NCBI GenBank assembly: GCA_038087875.1 | Contig: CM075989.1 | Location: forward strand, 12,958,001 to 13,022,000 | Origin: Malacoraja senta | Taxonomy: Eukaryota | Direction of reading: 5' to 3' | Length of the DNA: 64,000 nucleotides | Part shown: positions 24,501 to 37,180 of the stretch, in pieces | How the letters are laid out: every line of letters begins with the position of its first letter | Position numbering within the stretch: position 1 is the stretch's first letter | The notes under the pieces: generated by a model | The model's input: the letters and a program-made list of their open reading frames with translations, nothing else | Told to the model about the DNA's origin: nothing | Database searches by the model: none | Position numbers and translations under genes: made by a program

Positions 24501-24924
24501 ACTGTTCAGGAAAAACTCTTACTACACAAAGGGTGCAGAAAGCATTTACTGAAATGGATCTCGGGATGAAGTATTTCAGCTCGATAATTAGACTGGAGAA
24601 GCTGGAATTGTTTTCCTTGGAGCACAGAATATTGAGAAGAGATTTGATGAGGTGTTCAAGAACAGGAATAAATTAGATCGGGGAAGTAGAGGGAGCTCTT
24701 TCCATTAGCAGAGAACTAACAAACAAAGGAGCATTGATTTAAAACGTAGGCCAAAATATATAAGGGTGTGTGCAGAATAACTGATTCTACCAGAAAGCAG
24801 ACAGGATCTGGAATTCACTGTCAGTGTGGATGTAGGAGACGGAATCAATCGAGGCATTCAAAAGGGAAATGGATAGGAACATGCAAACATATTTTGCCAG
24901 ACAATGGAGAAAGAGGGCAGGAAA

Positions 24925-25051
24925 GAAACATAGAAACATAGAAAATAGGTGCAGGAGTAGGCCATTCGGCCCTTCGAGCCTGCACCGCCATTCAATATGA
25001 TCATGGCTGATCATCCAACTCAGTATCCTGTACCTGCTTTCTCTCCATACC
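24925..25051 (-). mobile_element. Young CR1 3' tail nested in an older plus-strand CR1 (~24520-25130)
   Basis: (gaaacata)n tail and aggccattcggcccttcgagcc block. Confidence 0.8.
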
Positions 25052-25981
25052 AATGGGAATGCTCTGCTTAGAACTGGTATAAACTCACTGGGCTGAATTG
25101 CCTCCTTCCATAGCAGAACAATTCCATGGCAATGGGCGTGGAGGTGCTGTAGGGTGATGTTGTAGGAGTGTTAGGAACTGGGTCACATGGTGTGATAAGA
25201 GAGTAAGCTGGGAAAGTTAGTACAGTGGTGATCCTACCCAGCCATAGAGATGATTTTGTTGCTCTCCTGATCCAAGCATGAGGAATAACCATTGTGCCCA
25301 CCTGCAATTGGTGATACCAGCTTGGTCAGCAACAGTTCACCCATACAAAGCCAGGGAAAGATTTCTTAGGCATAGCAGAAGAGGGGTGTTTTTCTGACAG
25401 GAGGTCTGTGATCAGTGATATTTTTGGATGAAAATATAGGTGGTCTATGTTTGCAGATGAAACAAAAATTGGGGGTTGTGCATCGTGAAGACAATTAGGA
25501 TGTAGACCAGTTGAGAATGTGGGCAGAAAAATGGCAGATGGAATTTAATGCAGACAAGTGCAAGGTGATGCATATTCAGAGGTCAAATGTAAGAGAAATT
25601 AATACAGTAAATGACAGGACACTTGGGTGCATTGATGTACAGAAGGATCTTGGGGTACAGGTCCATTGCTTCACAAAAGTGGCAACATGAGTGGATAGGG
25701 TGGTAAAGAAGACTATGGTATGATTGCCTTTCTCTGTCAGGACAATGAGTATAAAAGATGACAAGTGATGCTTCAGTATAAAACTTTGATTGCACTGCAT
25801 TTGGATTATTGTGGGCAGTCAAACATTATAGGAAGCACTTGAAGACTCTGGAAAGGGTGCGGAAGAGGTTCACCAGGATGCTGCCTGGATTGGAGAGCCT
25901 TAGCTACAAGGAGAAGTTGTACAACCTTGGATTATTTTCTCTGGAGTATCAGAGGCTGAGGAGCTATCTGTTAGAAGTATA

Positions 25982-27589
25982 CAGTGGCTTGCAAAAGTTT
26001 TCATACCCCTTGAACTTTTCCACATTTTGTCACGTTACAACCACAAACGTAAATGTATTTTATTGGGATTTTATGTGATAGACCAACACAAAGTGGTGCA
26101 TAATTGTGAAGTGGAAGGAAAATGATACATGGTTTTTAAATTATTTTACAAATAAAAAACTGAAAAGTGTGGCGTGCAAAAATATTCAGGCCCCCGAGTC
26201 AATAATTTGTAGCACCACCTTTCGCTGCAATTACAGCTGCAAGTCTTTTGGGGTATGTCTCTACCAGCTTTGCACATCTAGAGACTGAAATTTTTGCCCA
26301 TTCTTCTTTGCAAAATAGCTCAAGCTCAGTCAGATTGGATGGAGAGCGTCTGTGAACAGCAATTTTCAAGTCTTGCCAGAGATTCTCAATTGGATTTAGG
26401 TCTGGACTTTGACTGGGCCATTCTAACACATGAATATGCTTTGATCTAAACCATTCCATTGTAGCTGTGGCTGTATGTTTAGGGTCGGTGTCCTGCTGGA
26501 AGGTGAACCTCCGCCCCAGTCTCAAGTCTTTTGCAGATTCTAACAGGTTTTCTTCCAAGATTGCCCTGTATTTGGCTCCATCCATCTTCCCATCAGCTTC
26601 CCTGTCCCTGCTGAAGAAAAGCATCCCCACAGCATGATGCTGCCACCACCATGTTTCACAGTGGGGATGGTGTGTTCAGGGTGATGTGCAGTGTTAGGTT
26701 TCCGCCACACATAGCGTTTTGCATTTAGGCCCAAAACTTCAATTTTGGTCTCATCTGACCAGAGCACCTTCCTCCACATGTTTGCTGTGTCCCCCACATG
26801 GCTTGTGGCAAACTGCAAACGGGACTTCTTATGGCTTTTTTTCAACAATGGCTTTCTTCTTGCCACTCTTCCATAAAGGCCCGATTTGTGGAGTGCACGA
26901 CTAATAGTTGTCCTGTGGACAGATTCTCCCACCTGAGCTGTGGATCTCTGCAGCTCCTCCAGAGTTACCATGGGCCTCTTGGCTGCTTCTCTGATCAATG
27001 CTCTCCTTGCCCGGCCTGTCAGTTTAGGTGGACGGCCATGTCTTGGTAGGTTTGCAGTTGTGCCATACTCTTTCCATTTTCGGATGATGGATTGAACAGT
27101 GCTCCGTGAGATGTTCAAAGCTTGGGATATTTTTTTATAACCTAACCCTGCTTTAAACTTCTCCACAACTTTATCCCTGACCTGTCTGGTGTGTTCCTTG
27201 GGCTTCATGATGCTGTTTGTTCACTAATGTTCTCTAACAAACCTCTGAGGCCTTCACAGAACAGCTGTATTTATACTGAGATTAGATTACACACAAGTGG
27301 ACTCTATTTACTAATTAGGTGACTTCTGAAGGCAATTGGTTGCACTGGATTTTATTTAGGGGTATCAGAGTAAAGGGGGCTGAATACTTTTGCACGCCAC
27401 ACTTTTCAGTTTTTTATTTGTAAAATAATTTGAAAACCATGTATCATTTTCCTTCCACTTCACAATTATGCGCCACTTTGTGTTGGTCTACCACATAAAA
27501 TCCCAATAAAAAACACATTTACGTTTGTGGTTGTAACGTGACAAAATGTGGAAAAGTTCAAGGGGTATGAATACTTTTGCAAGCCACTG
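25982..27589 (-). mobile_element. Full-length Tc1-like (DD34E, IR/DR) DNA transposon, 1608 bp
   Basis: ~215-bp TIRs starting CAGTGGCTTGCAAAAG with inner direct repeats; TA TSD at 25980-25981 and 27590-27591. Confidence 0.97.
26199..27208 (-). pseudogene. Tc1 transposase with a single frameshift
   Basis: Paired-like HTH, GRPPK, WSDETK, FQQD-34 aa-E (SPDLNPIE); frame switch at ~26593 joins the 222-aa and 143-aa ORFs. Confidence 0.95.
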
Positions 27590-29352
27590 TATATAATTAT
27601 GAGAGGCATAGATTGAGTAGACTGTCAGAATCTTTTTTCTAGTATGGGAATGTCAAGTACGAAAGGATACATACAGCTTTATCGAAGAAGGGGAAAGTAT
27701 AAAGGAGATGTGAAGTCAAGTTTTTTTTTTGACAGAATGGTTGTAGGTTTCTGGGACACACTGCAAAGGGAGGTGGTGGAAGCAGATACGATAGGAATGT
27801 TTAAGAAGCTTTTAGACAAACACGTTAACAGCAAGGATTAGAGGGAAATGGACCATGTGCAGGCAGATGGATTCAGTTAGATTAGGTATCATAGTCAGCA
27901 CAGACATGGTGGGCCCTTCCCCTGTATTACTGTTTTGTGATCTACATTATAAACATTTGCATTGTAAAAATTTGCATTGCGTAAAATAACTGTCAACAAG
28001 GGAATAAAAAACAAGGAAATGGGCATTTAGAAAATATCTGCTAATCTGCCATAATTCGCAGTAACAATGTCTGCGGTAATGACTGACATGGACTTTGGGA
28101 AAATAACAGAGAGCAAGGTTTTAGTGAAATTGCTGTCTTTAGTGTGGCACATTAGTAGGCAGCACTCCATCCCCAGCACTCCGTAGTTGGGCAAAATAAA
28201 AATCAGATCTAGCCCGAGAGATCAATTTTAATGTCTGCTGTTATTGAACCATAAGGTGCCAAATACTGGGTTACTGGATGACTAAAATGGTGGGCAGGTG
28301 AGGACAAGCCGAGGGGTGATGGGGGGCAGATGTTTTATTAAAATCAGAAAGACTCACTTCTATGTCTCCACCAATGCTGTACCAGCTAGACTCCACAATG
28401 TCTTGGACAACATTCTGCAATCATTCGAGAAATGCCCCTTTGATCTGGGAGTTTCTGAACAATAAAACCATTCCACCTGATATGAGCAATGGAAAGATAT
28501 GAACTCAAGGCCATTGATTCGTGAAACAGTAAAAGGGAAAGATTACTATGCACATCCTTATCAAACCATTTGAGAGAAAGGACATGATTAGATTGCTTAT
28601 TGGAATGAAATTCAGCAGTTTTTGCAGATTGTCAGAGCCATAGAACCATAAATCTTAAAATATCTACTTAAGATAGATGATGCATAATAAAACAACGCAT
28701 CTTGATTACTATAATATTTAAGTTTCAGCTAAAATATATTTATAGGTCACAAATAAAACTGTGTTCTTTCCTTTCTTTAATGCTGACTGCAATGTTAACA
28801 GTTGGAATGTGTTGTAATTTATCTCCTCGATATTGCCCAGTTGGCATTAAGGTAATTCCCAACTGCTCATCCAGGGTTCTCTATTACCTCCAAGTCTTAC
28901 CTCTCCATCCCAAAAAGCTCTTTTTTAAATTCAAAACGTCGGTCAACACCCCTCTACAAATCTCTCCTGCCTTCCTCTTTAATTAATTCAATGGATATTC
29001 AGGATATATTTTCTGGTTTATATAACTCTGAGCATCTGTAAAAATCACTAAATTTCATTCAAAGGCACAACCTAACCTGTCTTTTCTCTGAAATGGTTTG
29101 ATAAGGATGTAGCTAATCCTTACAAATAAGGTACAGGAGAATAGAAAAGATTCTTTAAGTATAATAAAAGCACACGGGTAACTTGGGAGAGAGTAGGTCC
29201 CCATAAGGATCGGTGTGGTCATCTTCGTGTGGAGCCACAGGTGATGGGTGTGGTCTTAAATGAATATTTCCCATCTGGGTTTGCCATGGCAAAGGACATG
29301 GAAACTCTCAAGTAAAATCAGTAAAAGTAACGCGTCAAAATCACCTTAAAAC

Positions 29353-29517
29353 AAAGAACTGCAGATGCTGGTTGAAACATAAAATGACACAAAGTGCTCG
29401 AGTAACTCAGCAGGTCAGGCAGCATCTCTGGAGAACATGGATATGTGATGTTTCGGGTGGGACCCTTCTTTAGACTGATTTACACCGCTGAATTTCTCCA
29501 GCACTTTGTGTCGTTTT
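29353..29517. mobile_element. pLTR/hammerhead insertion with inverted partial copy
   Basis: Minus-strand unit followed by a plus-strand partial unit; 10-bp TSD accttaaaac (29343-29352, 29518-29527). Confidence 0.7.
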
Positions 29518-29527
29518 ACCTTAAAAC

Positions 29528-29735
29528 TAGGCGCCGATGCCACTGATCTGCACCAGCAAGCACTTCTTCACGTGGCTGTTGTTGTGGCTCACTTTGTAAC
29601 TCTGGCTGATAGCACTTTCTACAGGCCTCCGCAACCGACAGGACGTGCTCGGTCACTGTGGGACTCTCTCCTCTCTCACCAGCTGCAGTTTCTTCCTGTA
29701 GACAGTCACTTTGTCCACTTCCCTTCTTTCCTTTT
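29528..29735 (-). pseudogene. Decayed linker histone H1-like fragment (copy B)
   Basis: With frameshifts: PTVTEHVLSVAEA / GL*KVLSAR / YKVSHNNSHVKKCLLVQISGIGA, matching the H1 globular domain pattern LKK.L...GYDV.KNNS...LV.KG.LVQ..G.GASG. Confidence 0.7.
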
Positions 29736-29774
29736 CCCCGGAGTCAAGGTGGAAAGTGTCAGTGACTGTAGGGG

Positions 29775-29966
29775 AGGAGGAAGCAGCGGAGTGGACAAAG
29801 CGACGGCCGACAGGAAGAAGTGACAGCTGGTAAGAGGGGAGGGAGCACGCGGCGACCGAGCGTGTCCCGTCAGTGGCGGCGGCCTGAAGAAAGTGCTGAC
29901 ATCCAGGGGCTACAACATGAGCCACAATAACACCAGCAGCTGGTGAAGAAAGTCTCGCTGCTGCAG
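29775..29966 (+). pseudogene. Decayed linker histone H1-like fragment (copy A)
   Basis: With frameshifts: ATERVPSVAAA / GLKKVLTSRGYNMSHNNTS / LVKKVSLLQ; inverted homolog of copy B. Confidence 0.7.
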
Positions 29967-30249
29967 CTTGTGGAAGATGACGGCGACTTGGCAGGGAATT
30001 GCTCTCCAATGTCTTCCCCGTTCTCGCTAGTCTTCCCAGTGTCACACTGACGGTGGTCGAAACTGGAAAGGCAGTGTACCCGGACGATGATTTATATCGA
30101 TGAAGCCGAGGGCGCGGAAGCCCTGACCATCCTCCCATTGCAATGACACACGTCATTCAGGAAATGGGACCACCTATTGTGAATTGTATACTTAAGTGCA
30201 AGTTTACATAACTCGCCAATTAAGCAAATCGGGAGTGCCTGGAAAAGGC

Positions 30250-30836
30250 ATAGAGTGGTATTCTGAAGCATACTGACATTACATGGGAAGAGATGCTGGT
30301 GCTCTTGAAGTGGTGAAATCCCTGGGGCCTGACCAGCTATATCCCAGGTCATTGTGGAAAGTGAGGGAGGAATTTGCTGGGACCCTGACAGAGGATTTTG
30401 TACTTTCATCCACCACAGGAATGAAAGTACTGAAGGACTGGTGGATGATTAACACAGTACCTTTAATTAAGCAGGGCTGCAAGGAAAATTCAAGGAACTA
30501 CACGCTCTGGTGAGAAATTTATTGAAGAGGATTTGCATTTGGAAAGGCAAAAACTGAATAAGAATAATCGGAATGTTTTTCTATGTGGGAAATTGTGTCT
30601 CAAGATGTTATCTAGATGGACTTTAGCAAAGCCTTTGACAAGGGCACAAATGGTCCAGAAGGTTGGAATACATCGGATCCTGGGTGAGTTAGCCAATTAG
30701 ATACAAAATTAGCTTGGTGGTAGGAGACGGGGAATGGTAGTGAAGGGCTATATTTCACATTGGAGGCTCGTAACCAGTGGTGTGCCGGAGGGATCAGTGC
30801 TGGATCTTTTATTATTCGTCATATATATTAATGATA
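30250..30836 (+). mobile_element. CR1 LINE RT remnant
   Basis: KS.GPD.LYPR.L, MDFSKAFDK, VTSGVP.GSVL...LF.IYIND. Confidence 0.8.
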
Positions 30837-31196
30837 ATTAAACTCAGTGATAATACCAATACTACCAATCCAAATAAATTCAAGGGGATCTTCAGTAATG
30901 AGCAAACAGGTCAACCTATTAAACTTCACTTTACTCTATAGCTAACACAAGTGCAGTCAGACATTGATCTGCCTTCTTTGGAGTGCTTATCCAGTTCTTT
31001 CCCTCGAGTGGGATTTTCCTTCCCTGTGAGGTGCTCCGAGATGCAGATACAACCTCTCCCCACATCCTGGCAGATGAGGTGTAAATTATTTTCTCAAAAA
31101 TGTTTAGCGGTCTGAACGCATGGACAACCTGGGACGTTCCCAGTCAATCCCAAAGGAATAACGAAGGTAAGCCACAAGAATGGAATCAGCACCAAC

Positions 31197-31308
31197 CTGT
31201 ATCAGATCCAGGATCCCCAACTCGCTCTCCGAAGAGTCGACACAGAACAAGAAATAGAGGGTGGCATAGTGTCGGTAGATCAGCTTGTAATCTGACCCTC
31301 CAATCAAA
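31197..31308 (-). CDS. AP3S2: AP-3 complex subunit sigma-2, exon 3
   Basis: 112 bp, cag/gttggt; (S)LIGGSDYKLIYRHYATLYFLFCVDSSESELGILDLIQ. Confidence 0.97.
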
Positions 31309-31944
31309 CTGTAACAAATCAGAGGCAATTACAAACTAAAGGGAAAAAACAGGGCAAGTACACGGATATGGCAGACAATAACTCAAAGAAGGTCACGGGG
31401 AGCAAGATCTCTTTGTTGGAAGTAGCTGGATTGCATTCATAAATGTTAGGAGCAATGCCTTGCTGTCAGATGCAGGCATAAAAAGGGAGCAACAATGATC
31501 TAATTGAGACACTAACAGGAGAAAATGGGTGGAAAGTAAGAGACGGCTGAGGCTTCATTGAGATATTTTGTCCCCATTTGTGATATCAACAGAGGAGAGC
31601 CCAAATCCCAACTGCAATAAGGAGTTCAATGAACATATTAGACAGAAAGAACTGAAGCAACTACAGGATGTAAAACCAACTGATCCTTCAGACTTCACGA
31701 GCCACAGCTCAAGGTTCCACACAAGGTCGCTATTGAGACTGCAAATGAATTAATGATGATCTTCCAAAATTCCCCAGTTTTTAGAAAAAAAATCCAGAAG
31801 GGAGAAAGTAAAAATTGTAATTTAAAAAAGAAAAACATGGAACTTGGAGTTAGTCTAACTACAATTATTGGCAATATTCTGGAATGCACCATTAAAGATG
31901 TGGGTGATGAAGTTCAAACTAAATGAATGGCACCTTATCAAAGC

Positions 31945-32400
31945 GAATGCAGACAGAAACTGCTGGAATTACTGCGCAGATCAGACAGCCTGTGGGGAGC
32001 GGTCCAGGGAAATACAGTCAAGGACCTTTCAGCGCAATCTGGAAAAACATTGACAGAGAAAGGAAAGGTGGAGAGACGAAAAATAAATGATGTGAGCAGG
32101 TGAGGATAGATGGCCTGACACCCGTAGTGGTTTCTGAAGCTGGTTGGTAATGCTCAGAAAACAGAGAAGGATGTGTCTGGGGCAGAGGTCAAGAGGAGTG
32201 GGAGGATGCAATCGGAAGTTACAAGAGAGGGAAAGCAAACAAAATGCTGAAAATGGGAGATGCTGGTGAAGTAGCTGATTATCTGAATCAGTTATTGAAT
32301 TCAGTGTTGAAACCAGGGAGGCTGTAATATAGCCAGTCGGAAAACGAGGTGCTATCTATTGTGCTTCCTGGGAGCAACATCAGCGACCAAAGGTGGAGAG
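31945..32400 (-). mobile_element. Decayed Penelope-like 3' region
   Basis: HLVFRL..LQP.GFN.EFNN followed by a decayed pLTR. Confidence 0.5.
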
Positions 32401-33264
32401 GTCGTTGTGAAAGATAATTGGAAGCTCAAGATTACCCTTGAAAGATTAACCAACAAAGGTCTCTGCAAATCTATACTGGGGATTATTATAAACATAAAAA
32501 GCAGTGCACTACAATAGTACACAATCCGCAGGAAAAGGTGTGTCTCTGGATAATGAGACAAAGAGGTAAAAGGAGGGTGCTGTATCTGTTGCATCTGCAT
32601 TGGAGGTGCCAAAAGGAGGGAGTAAGGATGGATGCAGACTTGAGCCAGAGTTCGACCAGGAATGTCCCTTTGTCTTGTTTATTTATTGTTTTTAGGATGT
32701 AGCGTTGCTGACAAAGTCGGCATTTATCACCTTTCCCTAATGCCGCCAGCCACGGGCATTACCAGTGAAGGTGCTCTCACGGTGCCATTAAAGAGTGAGT
32801 TCTGATACTCAGTCCCAGCAGAGATGAAAGGCTAACAACATATTTTGCAAGTCAGTTCACCATCTTACCTAGAGGGAATGTGCACGTGCCTGCTGCCCTT
32901 GGTGTAGAGGTTGCAGGTTTGGGATTGTGGGAGTAGGCTGGGCACGGAGCTGGTGTGAATTTTGCAGCTGTTTTGTGCCGGTGGTGGGAGGGAGGGTCTA
33001 CAATGGTAGGTGAATTGGGTAGGTAGGTCCCAATACAGTGGTGAATTGGGTATGTAGATCCCAATACAGTGAATTGCTTTGTCTTGGATGATATTCAGCT
33101 TCTTCCGTTACTGGAGCTGCACTCATCCACAGAATGCATTAGAGATATTTTATCCTCTTGGCCCGATCTTTGCAATAGATGTTTTCTCTGTCAGGCTGTG
33201 GAACTACACATGCATGTTGGAAACCAAATGATATATTGTCCTTTATTATTTGTTCTCTGAAAAT

Positions 33265-33905
33265 AGGTGCACAGGTTCGACAGGGTGGCGAAGGTGGCGT
33301 TTGGCACACTTGTCATCATCAGTCAGGGCACAGGATACAGGAGTTGGGATATCATATTACAAATGTACAAGTCGTTGATGACACCACACTTGAAGTATTG
33401 CGTACGTTTCTTGTTTCCCTCCTATAGGATGGATGTGATTACACTGGAAAGGGTGCATTAAAAAAATCACAAGGACATTACTGGAACTGAAGGATTTGAG
33501 TTACGAGAATGTTCTAGATAGGCTGGAGCCTTATTCCCTGGAGCGTATGAGATTGAGAGACGTTAACGAGATATAAAAATCTTGCACTGATAAGGTAGAT
33601 GGTCACAGTCCCGAGTTAGGGGAGTCTAAAACTAGAGAGCATGGGTTTAAGATAAGAGGGGAGAGATTTAGAAAGGACTTGCGGGGCAACCTCTTCACAC
33701 AGAGGGAGATGGATAAGTGGAACAAATTGTCAGAAGAAGTGGTACATGTGGCTACAATTACAACTATGGAAAGACAGTTGGACAGTTGCTTGGATAGGAA
33801 TGGTTTAGAGAGATATAGGCCAAACGCAGCCAAGTGGGATTAGCTCAAGAAGGCATCTTCGTTGGCATGGACATGTTTGGCTGCAGTGCCTGTGTCTACG
33901 GTGTA
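33265..33905 (+). mobile_element. CR1 LINE 3' remnant
   Basis: L.MYKSL..PHL.YCV, GESKTR.H, FTQR....WN.L.EEVV and 3' UTR. Confidence 0.75.
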
Positions 33906-34459
33906 AAAAGATCCACTTAATCCAGCCACTCCTTAAAATTCAAACTTTCCACATCTGGCAGGATTCTTGTAAAGTTTTTTTTTTTTGCACCCTTTCTAGT
34001 TTAATGACATCCTTCCTAACCATGTACTTGTCTAAATGTCTCTTAAATGTTGTTATAGTTCTGGCCTCAACTACCTCCTCTGGCAGCTTGTTCCATTTCC
34101 CGACCACCCTGTGTGAAAATGTTGTCCCTCAGGTTTCTGAACATTCACCAGAGTAGCTGCAGGATAAATTCATTCACACAAATGGTGTTAAATCTTGTTA
34201 TTCATTATTCTAGGCAGTTGCAGAGATTTAGTCTCCAAGTTCATTCAAAACACAAATCGATAGGTTTCTCAGCAGGAAGAGTATTGAGTAAGGTGGGGGC
34301 AGTGAAGGAAAATGCAGCCAAGGTAAAGATCACCATGATCTAGATGGAGGCTTAATGGGCTGGGTGACCGACTTTTGGTTACTGGTCTCATGCAAAGACT
34401 GCGGCCCACTGTAAACTATCGCTCTCTGCTGGAACTTGTTTCTTGCTAGCACCACTTAC

Positions 34460-34551
34460 CTGCCACCTTCCAGAAAGTTGCAAACATTTTCATCTCTCCT
34501 GGACACCAGTTGGAAAGTTTCACGGATAATCTGCTGTTGCATATCCTCCGA
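34460..34551 (-). CDS. AP3S2: AP-3 complex subunit sigma-2, exon 2
   Basis: 92 bp, cag/gtaagt; SEDMQQQIIRETFQLVSRRDENVCNFLEGG plus 2 nt. Confidence 0.97.
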
Positions 34552-36704
34552 CTGAACACATAAAAGAAACACAATCAGTTGCAAAGAACGCAAACCCAAA
34601 CTGCTCAACCCCTTTGTCCCAGAACCAGCTTGTGATCCTTATCTGATCCACTTCCAACTCGCGTATATAAAGGAGGCCACCACTTTATACCATATCTAGA
34701 CATGGCCTCACCAACATCCTGCAGAGATGTTGCAGAACCTGTCCTTGGAATCTATAGTAACGACAGATATGAGGTGGATGGAGTACATTGGCAATCCACA
34801 CACAAGTTACAGCCAACGCAGCAGGACCGGTAACCTGGCCGAAGGCTCATCGGACATTGTAACGGGGAGGGAGCTGGAGACATCGGATGTGAGGAGCATG
34901 GAGGGTGCACTGGCCTTAATGGTTGGCTACAGGAAGCATCCCCGGGACACAAAGAAGACCGGGAGAGGAGAGGGACATCTATTCATGGAAACTGCACCAG
35001 TACATCGAGCGCATGGGCCAACCGGAGTTTGGACTTTGAATAATGCCGCCAAAACATGGCGGCATCTGCATGTGTAAATATGGAAAAATAATTTTACTGT
35101 GCAGTTGCATATGTGACAAATAAAGCACTGTTGAACCATAACTTAAAAACATCTACCTTGTCTAATCTGATTTCTCTTGCACTAAACCATGTTCAATGTG
35201 CCAGTTTGGTTAAGACTTTCTCAATGTTCTGCTACTATTTCTCCACTCTTGGATGCCAGCTTTCAGACAGATGTTAGGCTGCATGGGTTGTATTTTCATA
35301 CTTAATGACTCTCTCTCTCTCTCTGACACTCCCTCCTTTCTTGCATTGGGACGTTACATTTACTGCTTCCAACTGGCTGGAACCCTGACTAAGGTACAGG
35401 CTGTTTGCCCTGTCCTGGCTGCCTGCAATGTAATAAAAACTCACATAAAACTCCCCTCAGCCTCTCTAATCCAAAGAATAACTACACCTCTATACAATTT
35501 AAGAATGTCATTGTCCCATCCGGGACATATGACAATAAAACACTCTTGACGACTTGAATTTCTCATTAAATCCTCGCCAGTACTTTACATCCAGTCTTCA
35601 GGCTGGTTATCGAACTCTACCCGATATCCTAGCTGTGGCCTAACAAAAGATTTATGCAGTCCTGCACGGCCTCCTTTCTCTTCACTCGTGCTTCAACCAG
35701 TAAAGGCAACTAGCCGATGACACTCATATTACCTGCCCTTCTACCTTCAGGTTTGTGGAAATGCAGTCAAGGTACCACTTTGCAAAATCCATAATGTATT
35801 CAGCATTCTCATGTCTTGGCCACCCCAAAATGCATCGCTTCTACCCATTAAATTTCATTTCCAGTGATGTCTTTCTGTTACCTAAACTATTTTTCCCCCT
35901 ATCAACCTTCATCATCAGCAAACATGAATCATTGATGGATAGTAAAAATAAACCATGAAAAGCAAATGTACATAGAACAGTTCAGCACAGGAGCAGGCCC
36001 TTCGGCCCACAATGAAACTGCCATCTTCCCCTGAATAACAATGTATTTTACATTTCCATGAGAAAACTGATCCAAACTTTATTAAACACCAAGCTAAATC
36101 CATAAAGATCTCTTCAATCATGTTCCCTTCAACATTCCTAGTTCATAAAATAAAAATATGAAGCTGCAATCACTTATTACCAAATCAATGGAATTAAAAG
36201 GGTAACACTCCAATATTAATCACTAGACAGAGTGCAGACAGTGGGGGTGGACAATTAATTTTTAGACTGGTAGTATATAATAAGATAAGGAACAGAGGGA
36301 GGAGATCATTCCAGCCCTTAAGTATGTGGTCATTCATCATCTATTTTCCTGCCCTTTCACCACAATTTCATTCAATTGTCCAAAACGTATCAATCTCTGT
36401 TCTGAATTAACTCAATGACCCAGCCTCTAGGGTAAGGAATTCCAAGGATTTGCCTCCCTCTGCGTCATAAAAGCTTGTATTAATGGTCTCCCCTTTCTTT
36501 GAGATTGTCACAACCTCAAAATCCCTTTTGACAAGGTCCTGCATGGTATGCCAGTCCAGGTTAAATTACATGGTACCCAGGGTGAACTAGCCAATTGGAT
36601 ACAAAATTGGTTTGGTATAAGGAGTCAGATTGGGGGCCTGTCATCAACAGTGTGCCGTTATTTGTGCATATTAATGATCTGAAAATGTAAGTGGTGTGAT
36701 TAAT

Positions 36705-37180
36705 TACAAGGTTAATTCCCGGGATGGCGGGACTGTCATTTGCTGAGAGAATGGAGCAGCTGGGCTTGTACACTCTGGTGTTTAGAAGGATGAGAGGGCA
36801 TCTCATTGAAACGTATAAGATTGTTAAGGGCTTGGACACGCTAGAGGCAGGAAACATGTTCCCGATGTTGGGGGAGTCCAGAACCAGGAGCCACAATTTA
36901 AGAATAAGGAGTAAGCCATTTAGAACGGAGACGAGGAAACACTTTTTCTCACAGAGAGTGGTGAGTCTGTGGAATTCTCTGCCTCAGAGGGCAGTGGAGG
37001 CAGGTTCTCTGGATGCTTTCAAGAAAGAGCTAGATAGGGGTCTTAAAAATAGCAGAGTCAGGGGATATGGGGAGAAGGCAGAAACGGGGTACTGATTGGG
37101 GATGATCAGCCATGATCACATTGAATGGTGGTGCTGGCTCAAAGGACCGAATGGCCTACTCCTGCACCTATTGTCTATTT
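36705..37180 (+). mobile_element. Young CR1 3' fragment nested in an older CR1 (duplicate at 44543-45018)
   Basis: Open 123-aa ORF2 C-terminus (RMRGHLIETYKI...FFSQRVVSLWNSLP) plus 3' UTR. Confidence 0.9.

Larger units (their letters stand above)
25380..27940 (+). mobile_element. CR1 LINE 3' half, split by the Tc1 insertion
   Basis: FADETK, W.M.FN.DKCKVMH, LERV.KRFTRMLPGL...LLEVY | .IMRGID; colinear across the Tc1 TA site. Confidence 0.8.

Noticed and set aside
29653-30156. 167-aa minus-strand ORF
   Set aside because: Runs antisense and out of frame across the H1-like remnants; no coherent homology.
34727-35077. 116-aa ORF (also at 42565-42915)
   Set aside because: Lies in a repeat ending in a Rex-type tail (gtgacaaataaag); no domain.
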